NCBI RefSeq assembly: GCF_006345805.1
Contig: NC_043000.1
Span: 162,316,001 to 162,380,000, forward strand
DNA: 64,000 bases
Source of the DNA: Octopus sinensis
Lineage: Eukaryota
Direction of reading: 5' to 3'
The notes under the pieces were generated by a model. It did no database searches and was not told where the DNA came from. It saw nothing but the letters and a program-made list of their open reading frames with translations. A program made the position numbers and the translations under genes. Shown here one piece after another: positions 12,980 to 24,560 of this stretch (positions are counted from its first letter, which is position 1; every line of letters begins with the position of its first letter).

Positions 12980-14200
12980 TGTAGTTGTGTGAGTGTCTGT
13001 CCCCTTCGATTTAGATTCCTAACTACTCCCACATTTTGCGGGGCAGTTTAACCAAATTCGGGTATCTTACAGTCGTGATTCATATCGAGCCCGTCTGGCT
13101 ATTAGCGCGCGTCTACGATGAGTCTACGATTTTTAAAATAATTTAACATCATTTTTTATTCCATTTTAATGCATATTTTTTCGTGTGTCGATGGCGGCGG
13201 AGTTGGCGTCCATGCTCACACATGCACCTGTGTTGCTTCTCCCCCTTCTTCTCTCCCTCATGAAGCTGTGGGGAAGGGAGTGTAAGGAAATCAACGTCGT
13301 AATGCGTTGTCAAGGAGACCAGCGTTCTTTTAGAACAACGACTTCATGGCTTGAAGTCGCCAAAACAGAAATCGCTAAAAAAGCTGAAACAGATCCACAA
13401 AAACGGCAAAAACCGCCACACAGGGCAGGTTTCCTGTGCAAACAATTTGCACAACCGAATGTTTTAGTTGTTGCACAAATCTTTATATATAAAAGTAAGG
13501 TTGTGTATCTGTCTCCTACGATTTAGATTCCTAACTACTCCCATATTTTGCGGTGCAGTGTAACCAAAACCGGGTATCTTATAGTCGTGATTCATATACC
13601 CTTCTGGGTATTAGCGCGCATCTACGATGAGTCTACGATTAAAAAAAAATTTACCATCATTTTTTATTCCATTTTAATGCATTTTTCGCTATTATATAAG
13701 GGAAGTAACTCTCTAAAAATGTCTACGATGAGTCAACGATAAAAAAAAAAAATTACCATCATTTTTTATTCCATTTTTAATGCATTTTTTGCTATTTCTT
13801 TGCTATAACTCACTAAAAATGCTTATATAGTTATTTCCTTTACAAACCCGAGCAACGCCGGGCGATACTGCTAGTATATATATATATATATTATATATAT
13901 ATATTATATATATATAATATGTATGTGTGTGTGTGTGTGTGCACGTATGTATGTATATATGCATCTATTTATCTGTGTGCGTCTTTGTGTCTGTTCGTCC
14001 CCACCCATCACCGTTTGACAACCATTGTTGGTATGTTTACATACCCGTAACTAGCGGTTCAGCAAAGCGATCGATAGAATATGTATTAGGCTTAAGAAAT
14101 AAGTCCTAGTGTTGATTTGTTCGAATAAAACCCTTCAGGTGGTGTTCCGGCATGGCCGTAGTCAAATATCTGGAACAAGTAATAGAATAAAAGAATAAGA
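12752..14200 (+). mobile_element. SINE A split by a composite Helitron (5' half 12752-12935, 3' half 13925-14200)
   Basis: Both halves are colinear with the 8028-8525 copy; the Helitron sits in the internal (TA)n. Confidence 0.75.
12938..13874 (+). mobile_element. Composite non-autonomous Helitron with two 5' ends (~12938 and 13480) and one 3' end
   Basis: A|TCTTTATATATAAAAG at 13480; 12985-13170 is repeated at 13510-13690; hairpin plus CTAG|T at 13874. Confidence 0.8.
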
Positions 14201-14287
14201 AAACATATATTAAGGAGCACATTGTCCAATAATAAATCAATAGGGTCTGATTTGATGAAAACTTGACTGTTATTTCTAGCAGCTATA

Positions 14288-14415
14288 TCGACTGCCTATT
14301 TCAAGCATGGTCAACCTGTTTCGAGAAGCCGCACTAATTAAAATAAAATTCAAGGTAATTTTTCGTTGGTGTGGTATTCATGCAGCCTTCGGGGCCATAG
14401 TTTGCCCAAGACTAC
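14288..14415. mobile_element. Degraded hAT-type MITE
   Basis: caagcatggtcaacct ... gggccatagtttgcccaagact; resembles 22820-22945. Confidence 0.4.
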
Positions 14416-14429
14416 GTTGTTTCCTAGGT

Positions 14430-14607
14430 TTGTTGCCGCTAGAGTTATTACTTAATACTGTTGGTTATTTTCTCTTATTCCTTTCTGTTAAAGAGCGTAG
14501 GCTCGAAACGTAAAAAAACTTGTTCATTTTTTCCCGAGCGTCAATCTAATACACTTGCTTGTTGTTTATACACTTGTCTTCGTCTTTTGTTTTTCTTTAA
14601 ATTTCCA

Positions 14608-14638
<31 letters not shown>

Positions 14639-14889
14639 CACCACTACTTTATTATCTCCCCTTCTTCCTAGCTCTCCTGTGTGACCCTTCTGACCGGCAT
14701 TCGCCATGATAGATCGCTAGCCACTATACATTATTTATTTATTCTACTTGTTTCTTTCTGCGTTCTTTTCTGTGGAAGAGCGTAGGCTCGAAAAGTTAAA
14801 GACTTATTCACTTCCCGAGCGTTATACTAATGCATCCGTTTGTTGTCTACACTCCCTGTCTTCGTCTTTTGTTTTTTTGTGTGAATTCT

Positions 14890-14923
<34 letters not shown>

Positions 14924-15230
14924 CGGGAAGCTTTATGAAAATAAACAAAAGACAAAGGCAGGTGGAATGCAAACAAAAAATTGTATTAGTATGGCGCTCA
15001 GGAATATAAATAAAACAAGTCTTTTACGTTTCGAGCCTACGCTCTCCAACAGAAAGATACACAGAAAAGAAACGCGGAGAGAAACAAGGAGACAAAAAAA
15101 GTGCGTGCAGAAGCTAGCGAATCAACATGGCGATCTGATTCCGGTCAGAAGTCAAAGATCATACGTGAGACGCAAGAGCGAAAATAGGGGTGATAACAGG
15201 GTCAAATGACCAACGCCCCAACATAAGGGT
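14430..15230. mobile_element. Three copies of a Penelope-type short element (14430-14620 +, 14660-14892 +, 14922-15170 -) with a hammerhead-like motif
   Basis: Shared cttt-CTGTNNN-A-GAGC-gtag-GCTC-GAAACGTA-aaag block; copies end at (TA)n; copies 2 and 3 are inverted around (TA)n. Confidence 0.65.
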
Positions 15231-15282
15231 GTGTGTGTGCATGAGAGAGTATGTAGTGCGTATGAGAGGTCTGGAGTGTGTA

Positions 15283-16062
15283 TGTTAGTTAGTTAGTTAA
15301 TTTGGCTCAAAAGCAAATAGCAAGGCCATGTAGGGGGACATGGAGTTAAGTACAGGGTGGTGTTCATGTAAAGAGTTCAGGCCACTTGAGGTCCAGGGAG
15401 GCTTTGAACAAAGCGGTCGTCGGCATCTTCACCATCTCGTCTGGCAGCTTGTTCCACGGATCCGCAACCCGGACGGAGAAAGCTCCTCTCCTTCGATTGA
15501 GATGAAATCGTCGCAGTAGAGCTTTTCGGAATGACCCCGCAGCCGACGCTCTGGAGCAGGAGTGAAGAACAGCTCTTTCGAGAGGTTACACTTTCCGCTT
15601 ATGATGTTGTGGGCGAGAATGAGATCACCACGGTGGCGGCGTTTTTCAAGAGAATAAAGGTCGAGCGTCCTCAGCCTTTCTTCATAGGACAAATTTTTGA
15701 GACCATGAACCATGCGGGTAGCCAGCTTCTGGACTCTTTCGAGATGCTGTATGTCTTTGAGGAGATAAGGAGAAGAGGCTTGAATCCCGTACTCCAATAT
15801 GGGTCTCACCAGCGTGACATAGAGTGGTAGGAATATGGCTGCTGTGAGAATTCCGAATGACCGTCGAATCAAGAACAGAATTCCGCGTGCTTTGTTGGCA
15901 GCATGGACGCACTGGGCCGAAGGCGAAAAGGAGGAATCCACCAAGATACCCAGGTCCTTTACCTGATCGGTCCTCTCCAGCAGCAGACGACCCGGCTCGA
16001 AATCAAGTTGAGTTGCAGGAGGAGAGCCAACAGGCAGATGACAGCACTTTGACACGTTCAGA
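15283..16062 (-). mobile_element. 5'-truncated CR1-clade LINE (RT C-terminal region, 3' UTR, (TAAC)n tail)
   Basis: NVSKC...DLGILVD...LYVTLVRPILEY...ERVQKLATR...LSYEERL...RRHRGDLI; frameshift, then PWNKLPDEMV...LDLKWPELFT*; tail taactaactaac. Confidence 0.92.
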
Positions 16063-16147
16063 CACTGTATGATGTGATGTGTAATGTCGTATGGTGTAGT
16101 GTAGAGAGAGGAGATGAGGAGGAGGAGGAGGAGGGAGGAGAGGGGGA

Positions 16148-16290
16148 TATAGCTTCTTTTAGTTTCCTTCAACCAAATCCACTCATAAGGCTTTGATTGG
16201 CTATTGTAGAACATAATTGCGCAAGATGCCACGCAGTGGGCCTGAACCCACAATCATGTGGTTGGGAAGCAAGTGTCTTACCCCACAATC
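16148..16290 (-). mobile_element. SINE A 5' half
   Basis: ccaaatccactcataaggctt...aagatgccacgcagtggg.ctgaacc...catgtggttgg. Confidence 0.8.
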
Positions 16291-16339
16291 ACACCTATGT
16301 TTGATAAGGAAAAACAATGACGAGATAGTCACAGTTGAA

Positions 16340-16340
16340 A

Positions 16341-16374
<34 letters not shown>

Positions 16375-16395
16375 GGTGGTGTGGTGGTGGTGGTG

Positions 16396-16437
<42 letters not shown>

Positions 16438-17170
16438 TGGGATTCTGTGGTGATAACGTATCAGCTAAGATGGAGTGATGGTTGGTGGTAGAGGAGTTAA
16501 TGATAACGACGCCATGTGTAGGCGGAGATGGCGGTGGTAATGGATGGATTGGGTGATGTTAACGTTTGTGGTGAAGAGCTTTAGTGATAATGCTGATGGC
16601 TGGAGGCAGGTGGTGATGGTTGTGTCACTTATGGTTTTTTGCTTGTTTTTTTGTTGTTTTTTTTCCATTACAATAGCGATGTTCGGATAGAGACGATAAT
16701 GTTGTCAGCTCTGATGTTAAGTTGCTTCTTATCGTCTCGTCCAATGCTTGCAAATGTTGTTGTTGTTGTTCTTGTTAATGTCGTCATCGTCGTCGTTGTT
16801 GTTGTTGTTGTTGTTTCTAATGTTATTATGTCTACTGTCGTCGCTGCTGGTGACATTTTTGGCATTGATTCTTTTTGTTTGCTTCTGTTAATTTCGTTTT
16901 GCGTCGTCTGTACTGTTATTGCTTCTGTGACTAAATTGTTATCCTTGATGATGATGATGACGACGACGACGACAATGAATGATTGCTTTAGAATGGTGTT
17001 TCTGCTGCTACAGTTGCTGTTATTGTTGATCTTGACTGATACGTTTTTGTTTCCTTGGGGTAGTAAAACCACCGATGGCAGCAGAAATCGTGTTGGTGGT
17101 GTTAATGCATTGTTGGTGATGGTAACGAGTTTGCTGCTGTTGTTGTTGCTGATGTTGCTGCTGCTGCTGC

Positions 17171-17201
<31 letters not shown>

Positions 17202-17400
17202 CTGGTCCGTAATTATTGCAGTGATCTCATTAAAGTAACGTTTGTTGCTATAGCTAATGCCACCATTTGTTGTATCACTATTTTTACTGCTGGTTGTGAC
17301 GGGCAGAAACTTCAACAAATGACTGTGAAGGCGATGAGAGAATGATGTTGTTGTTACCGCTGCTGCTGCTGCTGCTGCTGCTGCTTGCTGTCTTTGCTGT
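16340..17400. repeat. (TAG/TGG/GTT/GCT)n low-complexity domain
   Basis: Direct reading. Confidence 0.9.
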
Positions 17401-18204
17401 TAAATAATCCTAGATCAGTTGTCATTGAGCTGGCAAATAATACAGAATGACCATTGGTCACCCCTAGCTGAGGACCATACTACATACTCGAATGTGCAGC
17501 GATTAATCATAAGATCATAATCTGATAGCCTGGACATGCTGCAGTCTCTCCATTGAGCAGTCTAATTATGTACAGCCGTAAGAGTATTGTTACAGCTAAG
17601 ATCAGCAAGATGAACTCAGTCAGAGCGAGACAGATGCTATACCCTTCAGTTACTGCTTGTGGTATACACTCCATCTCTGAGTATGGGGCCTTTCAAGCTA
17701 CTGATGTTGCAGTTGCTACTCTGCATGTATGTCTGTTTCTTGTTTGTTTGGGTTTAATGAAAGAGAAGATATTTTAAGGTATCTTGTAGACGTACTCCAG
17801 GGGTTGTTGTGGATGTGTCTTGGTATATAACAGTGAATTTTTCATGCAATGATAGAGACAGTGGAATCTGAAGTTAGGTGCTGTAGAAGAAAAATTGTAC
17901 CTCTTATTTCATTTTACGTAGCACAAGCGACGTATGTAGAGTTTGTTGTGGTGTATAGGGAACTGTTTTGTGTTCCTCGTAGTCTATTGTGATTGCAGTA
18001 GTAGTCTACTGCAGAGAAGAAATTGCTTTAGTAAGGGCTAGCATATTCGATGATAGATAAAACAATAGTATTTGTCTTTTATTGTTGGCCGAATGCGATA
18101 CCAGTAATTACTCTGAGTATGCATGATAGCTGTTTGCTTTCTTTACCATGTTTGTTGAGAATGTTACATGGAGTTCTGCATGCATTCCTGATTTATCTTT
18201 TGTG

Positions 18205-18250
<46 letters not shown>

Positions 18251-18253
18251 TGT

Positions 18254-18308
<55 letters not shown>

Positions 18309-18364
18309 GTTTGTGTGTGTGTCTGTACGTATTAATTTTTTACTTGTTGGGTGAAAGGGTATCA

Positions 18365-18675
18365 TAGCGGTTTGGTTATTCAGCTCAAGATCGATAAGTT
18401 TGAGAGATCGATTCCCCGCTGTGTGTTTTCTCCTTGAGCAAGATACTTTGTTTCACATTCCTCCAGTCCCCTCAGCTGACAAAAATGATTTGTATCTGTA
18501 TTTCAAGAGGTCAACCTTCTTACATTCTGTGTCACGCTGAGTCTCTTTTAGAACTACATTAAGGGTGCGCGTGTCAGTGGAGTGCTCAGTCACATGCACG
18601 TTAATTTCACAAACATCCTGTTTCGTTGATCGGATTAACCGGAATATTCGTCGTCGTAACCGACGGAGTACCATT
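18365..18675 (+). mobile_element. SINE family D (tRNA head, ccttgagcaaga core)
   Basis: gatcgattccc B-box-like motif; ccttgagcaagatacttt...ccagtcccctcagctg...gtcgtcgtaaccgacggag; same family as 60659-61052. Confidence 0.7.
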
Positions 18676-19104
18676 TAGTTTCATGTCGTTGAATGTAATG
18701 ATTGGTTTTATATTATATTCTTTAGTGTTTCTTCTAAGAAGAGACATTTTCAGCCGTGTTTGCAGAATGATAGGATATCGTGAGTGTGATGAACGTGTAT
18801 ATTGTTATTTTAGATAGATTTTTGATGGGTTTAAGAATTGTTATGTTTCTGAGCAGTATTTAATTCCTCCGAATTAGACAGCACTGGTACGAGTAAGCGT
18901 AGCTTTTGGTGCATGCATTGATTCTATCAAGCCGTAAGTGTTTGGGGTTATATTTGCGATTTCATTTCGTTTTTATTTTCTTATCTTTTAGATCACGCTA
19001 TTGGTTTTTCCGATTCAGGTGGAAGTGGCCACCACTATGGCCTAGGACAACGAGTTGTTTTCCGTTTTGTGTTTCTGTCTTCTAAGTAAGGGCTTTATGT
19101 TTCG

Positions 19105-19515
19105 TCTTTTACTTGTCTCAGTCATTGTACTGTGGCCAAGCTGGGGCACCATCTTGAAGAGTTTTAGTCAAACAAAACTGTCACCCATACTTATTTTAAG
19201 TCTCGTACTTATTCTATCATTTTTCTTTTGTCGAACCGCTTAGTTACCGGGACGCAAGCAGATCAAGACCGATTGTCAAATGGTGGGGAAGTCAAACACA
19301 CACAAAACACACACATATATACACATACCCACACGCACACATATATACGATGGGCTTCCATAGAGTTTCCATTTACCAAATTCACAAGCAAAGTATCGGT
19401 CAGTACGAAGCTCTAGTAGATGACACTTGTCCAAGATGCCGCACAATGAGACTGAACCCCAAACCACATGGTTGCCTAGCGAACTTCTTAACCCCATAAT
19501 CATGCCTGCGCTGGC
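19105..19515 (-). mobile_element. Degraded SINE A
   Basis: Colinear blocks: ttgtctcagtcattg, acttattctatc, ccaaattcac, aagatgccgca. Confidence 0.7.
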
Positions 19516-20579
19516 TTCGATTTCCAAGTGAAAAAGTATCTAGGGCGTTCGCTTGTTGTCGCAGTGTGGTGGCGGGATAATATCATTTGAAGCAATATTC
19601 ATCCCCACCAAATACTTCTCGATATTAATACTGCTTCTGTCGTTAATATATATTTTTTAATAATATCATTTGAGGTTGTTATTTTGGAATGGAGGTGTGG
19701 TGTGGCCATTATTGTTTTGCTGACGACGCTAATTACTCATTATAAAGTTTTACTGCTTCTTTTGTTGTTGATTTTAGTCACAAATATTTGGATAATTGTT
19801 ATGCTTTCTATGCTTTAATTTTTTTTCTCGCGCGCATTATTGCCTTATTGTAATTATTTGCTATTCAGTTAAATATACTTTTTATTTTGGTTGTGTGTGT
19901 ATGTGTGCATGGGAGAGTGTATATGCGTATGTATGTGTATGTGTGACTATATGTGTGTGTAAATGTGGAGTGTTAGTGTTGGTGTATGGCGTTTGATGTC
20001 CTTGGCTTTTATGAGAACGACTGCTTCTGATGAGTAAATGAGGTTGTGGGAGTTTTTATGGTACCTAGTGGAATATGTTTCTTTTTTTTATTTATTTTAA
20101 TATGTCCATAAAAATTAATTTATTAAATGCTTATATTGTCAAAGAATTTGTTATTGAGTAGGGGTTTTGCTGAATTCTGAAGACCTTAACTCTTTTATTG
20201 GAGAACTCGCACTACTGTGCTTTTTTGAAGTTTGAAGTCTTTTTTGAAGTCTAGTTTTGCTTCCTTCATTAAATTGTGTGGTCTTCATAATTGGTAAGGG
20301 ACCTGTGTAAAATTGGAGAATTCTTTTACTAAATTGTTGTGGTAATTATTGTGGATCGGAATGTGATGCTTAAGGAAGAATTGCTTTAGTTAATTTTGGT
20401 AACATACTTGTATTAAGTTTGTATTGGCGTAGACTGTTTCGGATGTTTAGGGGTGATTCAATTCTGTTACCTAATTTAATGATTAAAATATTTTGGCATT
20501 TGAAGAGTATAAAGTTGTTGTATTGGGGGGTGGTGTAACCATGTGATATAATTAGTGAACTAGGTGCTGTTGTATGAAT

Positions 20580-20791
20580 ATATACTCTTTTACTCTTTTA
20601 CTTGTTTCAGTCATTTGACTGCGGCCATGCTGGAGCACCGCCTTTAGTCGAGCAATCGACCCTGGGACTTATTCTTTGTAAGCCCAGTACTTATTCTATC
20701 GGTCTCTTTTGCCGAACCGCTGAGTGACGGGGACGTAAACACACCAGCATCGGTTGTCAAGCAATGCTAGGGGGACAAACAGACACACAAT

Positions 20792-20841
<50 letters not shown>

Positions 20842-21000
20842 TACGACAGGCTTCTTTCAGTTTCCGTCTACCAAATCCACTCACAAGGCTTTGGTCGGCC
20901 CGGGACTATAGCGGAAGATACTTGCCCAAAATGCCACGCAGTGGGACTGAACCCGGAACTATGTGGTTGGTTAGCAAGCTACTTACCACACAGCCACTCC
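20580..21000 (-). mobile_element. Full-length young SINE A
   Basis: Near-identical reverse complement of 8028-8525. Confidence 0.92.
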
Positions 21001-21134
21001 TGGTGAACTTTCCTTTCGTAGTCGACAAATTGCGGGTTCTGTAAATTCTTGCCTCACAACCTGCTCTGATGATTTGTTTATAGTGATCAAATGGTTGCGC
21101 TATATATTAGTTCAGTCCTTCCATCAACGCAGCT

Positions 21135-21205
21135 GTTGTCAGGGAATCGAACCCAAGATCTAGCAATTGTTAGCACAGCAACACCGTAAGCACGAGGCCA
21201 CGCAC
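21135..21205 (-). mobile_element. Isolated tRNA-derived SINE head
   Basis: Minus strand reads cgtggcctcgtgcttacggtg...gggttcgattccctg (A/B boxes); no intact acceptor stem. Confidence 0.5.
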
Positions 21206-21769
21206 CTTTGCATGTGTGTGTATATGTGTATATGTATTATGTATGTAAATATATGCATGTGTGTGCATACTTACATGCATACATAGGTACATACATACAT
21301 ACAGACAAACATATATGCATATGAATGTATGTATACGATAAGCAGCTACTTTTATTTTTTTTTGAGACCATCCATTTCTAGTGTAGTGTTGTGATCTATT
21401 AGTTTACGGAAATCATAGGTAATACCTCTGTACCGAATGCCTAATATGATCTGAGTGTAATTAATAAATGCATTGTTCTGTACTGAAAATGTTTCCTGAA
21501 TTATCTTCTCGTGCACGACGTTTGTGATGATAAAATCATTTGGTTTCATACGAAAAGGTGTTTTTAATTCAGTAAATATTGTATTTCAGAAGTTTTAGAA
21601 GTCTATATCATGTTTATACAGTTTGTTTTACGTAAGGAAAGTTTCTTTCTAAATGGTTTCTGTGTAGGAATGTGACATTATTAGGAAGGGAGATAAATAA
21701 CTGTACTTCCTGGTTTTATCGTTGCTCTTGTTATTAATGTTTTTCCAGAAAGTTCGGGAAAGGGAATGA

Positions 21770-21895
21770 GTCAATTATATCGACTTCCCAGTGCTCATCT
21801 GGTAGTCATTTTATTGACCCCGAAAGGACGAAAGGTAAAGGTGACATCGTCAGAATTTGAACTCAGAACATGAAAACAGATGAAATGCCGCTATC
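21770..21895 (-). mobile_element. SINE B fragment
   Basis: gaccccgaaaggacgaaagg...agaatttgaactcagaac. Confidence 0.7.
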
Positions 21896-21944
21896 AGTTC
21901 GCCGCTTTATGCTGTTGCTCATATTAATATTGTTCAGTTCTATA

Positions 21945-22128
21945 TTTAAGAGATGAGGAATTATGTACATTATTTACATTATTTACAATAATATTTGTCC
22001 TCATCTTGTCTGTTGTTAACACAACGTTTCGGCTGGTATACCATCCAGCCTTCATCGGGTGTCTTGGGGAAATTTCGAACCTGGGTTCTCATACCTAAGG
22101 TATTTTTCAATGTTGTTGCTGTTGTTAC

Positions 22129-22184
<56 letters not shown>

Positions 22185-22220
22185 CCATCATCAGCATCAG
22201 CATCAGCATCATTATTATTA

Positions 22221-22265
<45 letters not shown>

Positions 22266-22555
22266 TATTATATTATTATCATTATTATTCAGCTCACTGC
22301 CTGTAAACGAGCTCGTAATCTTGGGGTTAAGAGTGTAGGCTACTAACTTCAAGATTCCGAGTTCGATTCGAAGCAGTGACCTGAATAATAATAATAACAA
22401 CATTGAAAAATACCTTAGGTATGAGAACCCAGGTTCGAAATTTCCCCAAGACACCTGATGAAGGCTAAAGAGTATATCAGCCGAAACTTGTTTTAACAAC
22501 AAACAAGATGAGGACAAACATCCGTCAAGTGTAAATAATGTAAATAATTAATATT
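21945..22555. mobile_element. tRNA-headed element with a minimal hammerhead motif (+, 22300-22555) preceded by an inverted headless copy (-, 21945-22299)
   Basis: Head ...ggggttaagagtgtaggctactaac...gagttcgattc; motifs at 22450-22494 (+) and 22018-22063 (-); the arms are reverse complements. Confidence 0.8.
22018..22063 (-). ncRNA. Minimal type-I hammerhead ribozyme-like motif (U4C variant)
   Basis: gacac-CCGAUGA-a-ggcugg/ccagcc-GAAACGUU-guguu: stem I 5 bp, stem II 6 bp, palindromic AACGUU helix III, GUU site. Confidence 0.6.
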
Positions 22556-22559
22556 GTTA

Positions 22560-22700
22560 TTAAGGCAGTGAGCTGGCTGAATCGTTAGTACGCTGGGCTG
22601 AGAGACAATTCGTCTGTCTTTATATTCCAAGTGGTCGATGTAATCAACTTAAACTCTCCTCCGAAATTTCTGGCCTTGCTCCAAAATTTGGTACCGTTAT
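22560..22700 (+). mobile_element. Internally deleted SINE B
   Basis: aaggcagtgagctggctgaatcgttag head; gtcgatgtaatc; ccaaaatttg tail. Confidence 0.65.
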
Positions 22701-22819
22701 TGATATGATTGCTGCTTCACTAATGTGGTGTATTTTTGTAGTGATCTTGTGAATGATATTGTTTGATTTTGTCTTTGTATATATTCTTGAAAGCATTTAT
22801 TTATCAGTAGTTTTTGAGT

Positions 22820-22945
22820 ATTCGTAGGCAAACTGCGACCCGCAGGACTTTCTGAATGGTACGCGTATTGAAGAATCCTGCAGCTCACGTGATGATGTGC
22901 TATGTCTCATGCGGCCCGCAAGTTACCCAGGACTGTTTTGAAACC
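22820..22945. mobile_element. hAT-type MITE
   Basis: ggcaaactgcgacccgc ... gcggcccgcaagttacccaggactg; ttttga-like flanks on both sides. Confidence 0.5.
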
Positions 22946-23074
22946 TGTTTCACGGTCGGGGTTTTTCTCATTCTATGAAAACTTTCGCACATGGTAGAAA
23001 TAAATATGTACTAATTCAACATCGTCTGAACGGAACTCTAAACGTGACCACCCCGTTTCTTTTTCTTGTATATT

Positions 23075-23245
23075 GGTTTTAAATTTTGGCACAAGACCAG
23101 TAATTTCGAGAAGGAACTAAGTCGATTAGATCGACCCAGTGTTCAACTTGTACTTATTTTATCGACCCTAGAAGAATGAAAGTCAAACCCAGCGGAAATT
23201 TGAACTCAGAACACAAAGACGAGCGAAATGATGCTAAGCATATTA
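23075..23245 (-). mobile_element. SINE B copy
   Basis: aaattttggcacaag...gtacttattttatcgaccc...tttgaactcagaac. Confidence 0.7.
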
Positions 23246-24393
23246 TTACCAATATTTGTTAATTACTCATAATTTTCGTTTATAAGATAGTGTAATTCTT
23301 AAAGAAAATTTAGCAGAAATCACTTGTATAAAGAATGTTCTTCACTCACTCATCATGTTTATGTTGATGATGATATGGTATAGCTTTATACAAACTGTTA
23401 TCGACGGCAATTATGATTGTGACTTTAATGTTGATAGAGATGGTATAGGATAATATATGTCGGTGTTATTAGTATTGAGATGTGCCATTATTGTTCCTCC
23501 CTCTGCTCTTTTGGTGCTATTGTTATTATTACTACTATTGTTGCCGAAAAGAAGCGAATGACATCAAACAAGGAATACACACACTCACACACACACCGAA
23601 AACGAAAGTAACAAAAAAAAATCAGCTTAAGAGTTAACAAGCAGAGAAAGCGCGGGAAAATGGAGTCTGGTGTCATTGCTTGATGCGTCTGTATGGCAGA
23701 CTACGCAATAACTACCACCAAACCGCTGCAATCAACTCCACCATAACAACTACTATCACAAGAACCACTGCCATCGCCTCCACCACTGCCAGTCTCCCTC
23801 AAACCTCACCCCACCCTCTCGCCAAAAGAAAGAACAACATCGAAAAAATATCCCACATTTTCCTAAAAAAAAAAATAGACAAGGATAGACACGAGTGGAT
23901 TGCCTTTGGTCATAACCACCATTGCCAACAATAACAACAGCAACAAAAGCAACGCCAACAACATCATAACAACCAGCAACATCACCACGACAACCACTGC
24001 GTTCGTCGCCTCCACCACCAATAACAACAAGCGACGACAATACCATAGACAACACCAATAGCAACGTTATCGAAAGCACCAGCTTCATCATCACAACACC
24101 GACCAGCTTCATCACACACATCACAAATCACTACGCCACCATCAGCATTTCCCCCCTATCCCCGTTTACCAGCCACCACCACCACCACCTGTCTCTTATC
24201 GTCCATTTCCCTCCCTACACGCCGCCGCCTCTCTAATCCCGCCTTCCTTCCCCTTCACCTGCTCCCTATTCTCAGCCATTTATGCAGAGATTTGTCTGAA
24301 TATATTAACCGAAATTTCAAGTCGCCATTTTCCTTTTTCCTTCACCGCCATAACAACCCAGATTGGAATACGGTTCCGTCTATAAGGAAATCT

Positions 24394-24394
24394 G

Positions 24395-24482
<88 letters not shown>

Positions 24483-24560
24483 GATCTATCTATCTATCTT
24501 CTCATCCCCTATCTCTATCTATCTATCTATCTCTCTTCTTATATTATTATCTATCTATCT
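24394..24560. repeat. (TCTA)n microsatellite
   Basis: Direct reading. Confidence 0.95.

Noticed and set aside
13185-13526. 113-aa ORF as a captured gene
   Set aside because: It lies within the Helitron and shows no recognisable domain
16639-17318. 199-216 aa Thr/Asn/Val-rich ORFs
   Set aside because: Stop-poor (GTT/GCT)n sequence that is open on both strands
12000-17400. Large inverted segmental duplication of the two low-complexity domains
   Set aside because: Both domains are G/T-rich on the same strand, and similarity stops ~40 nt beyond the SINE heads
17440-17890. Coding-like unique segment (possible old LINE fossil)
   Set aside because: Only vague motif resemblance with multiple stops; no family assignable
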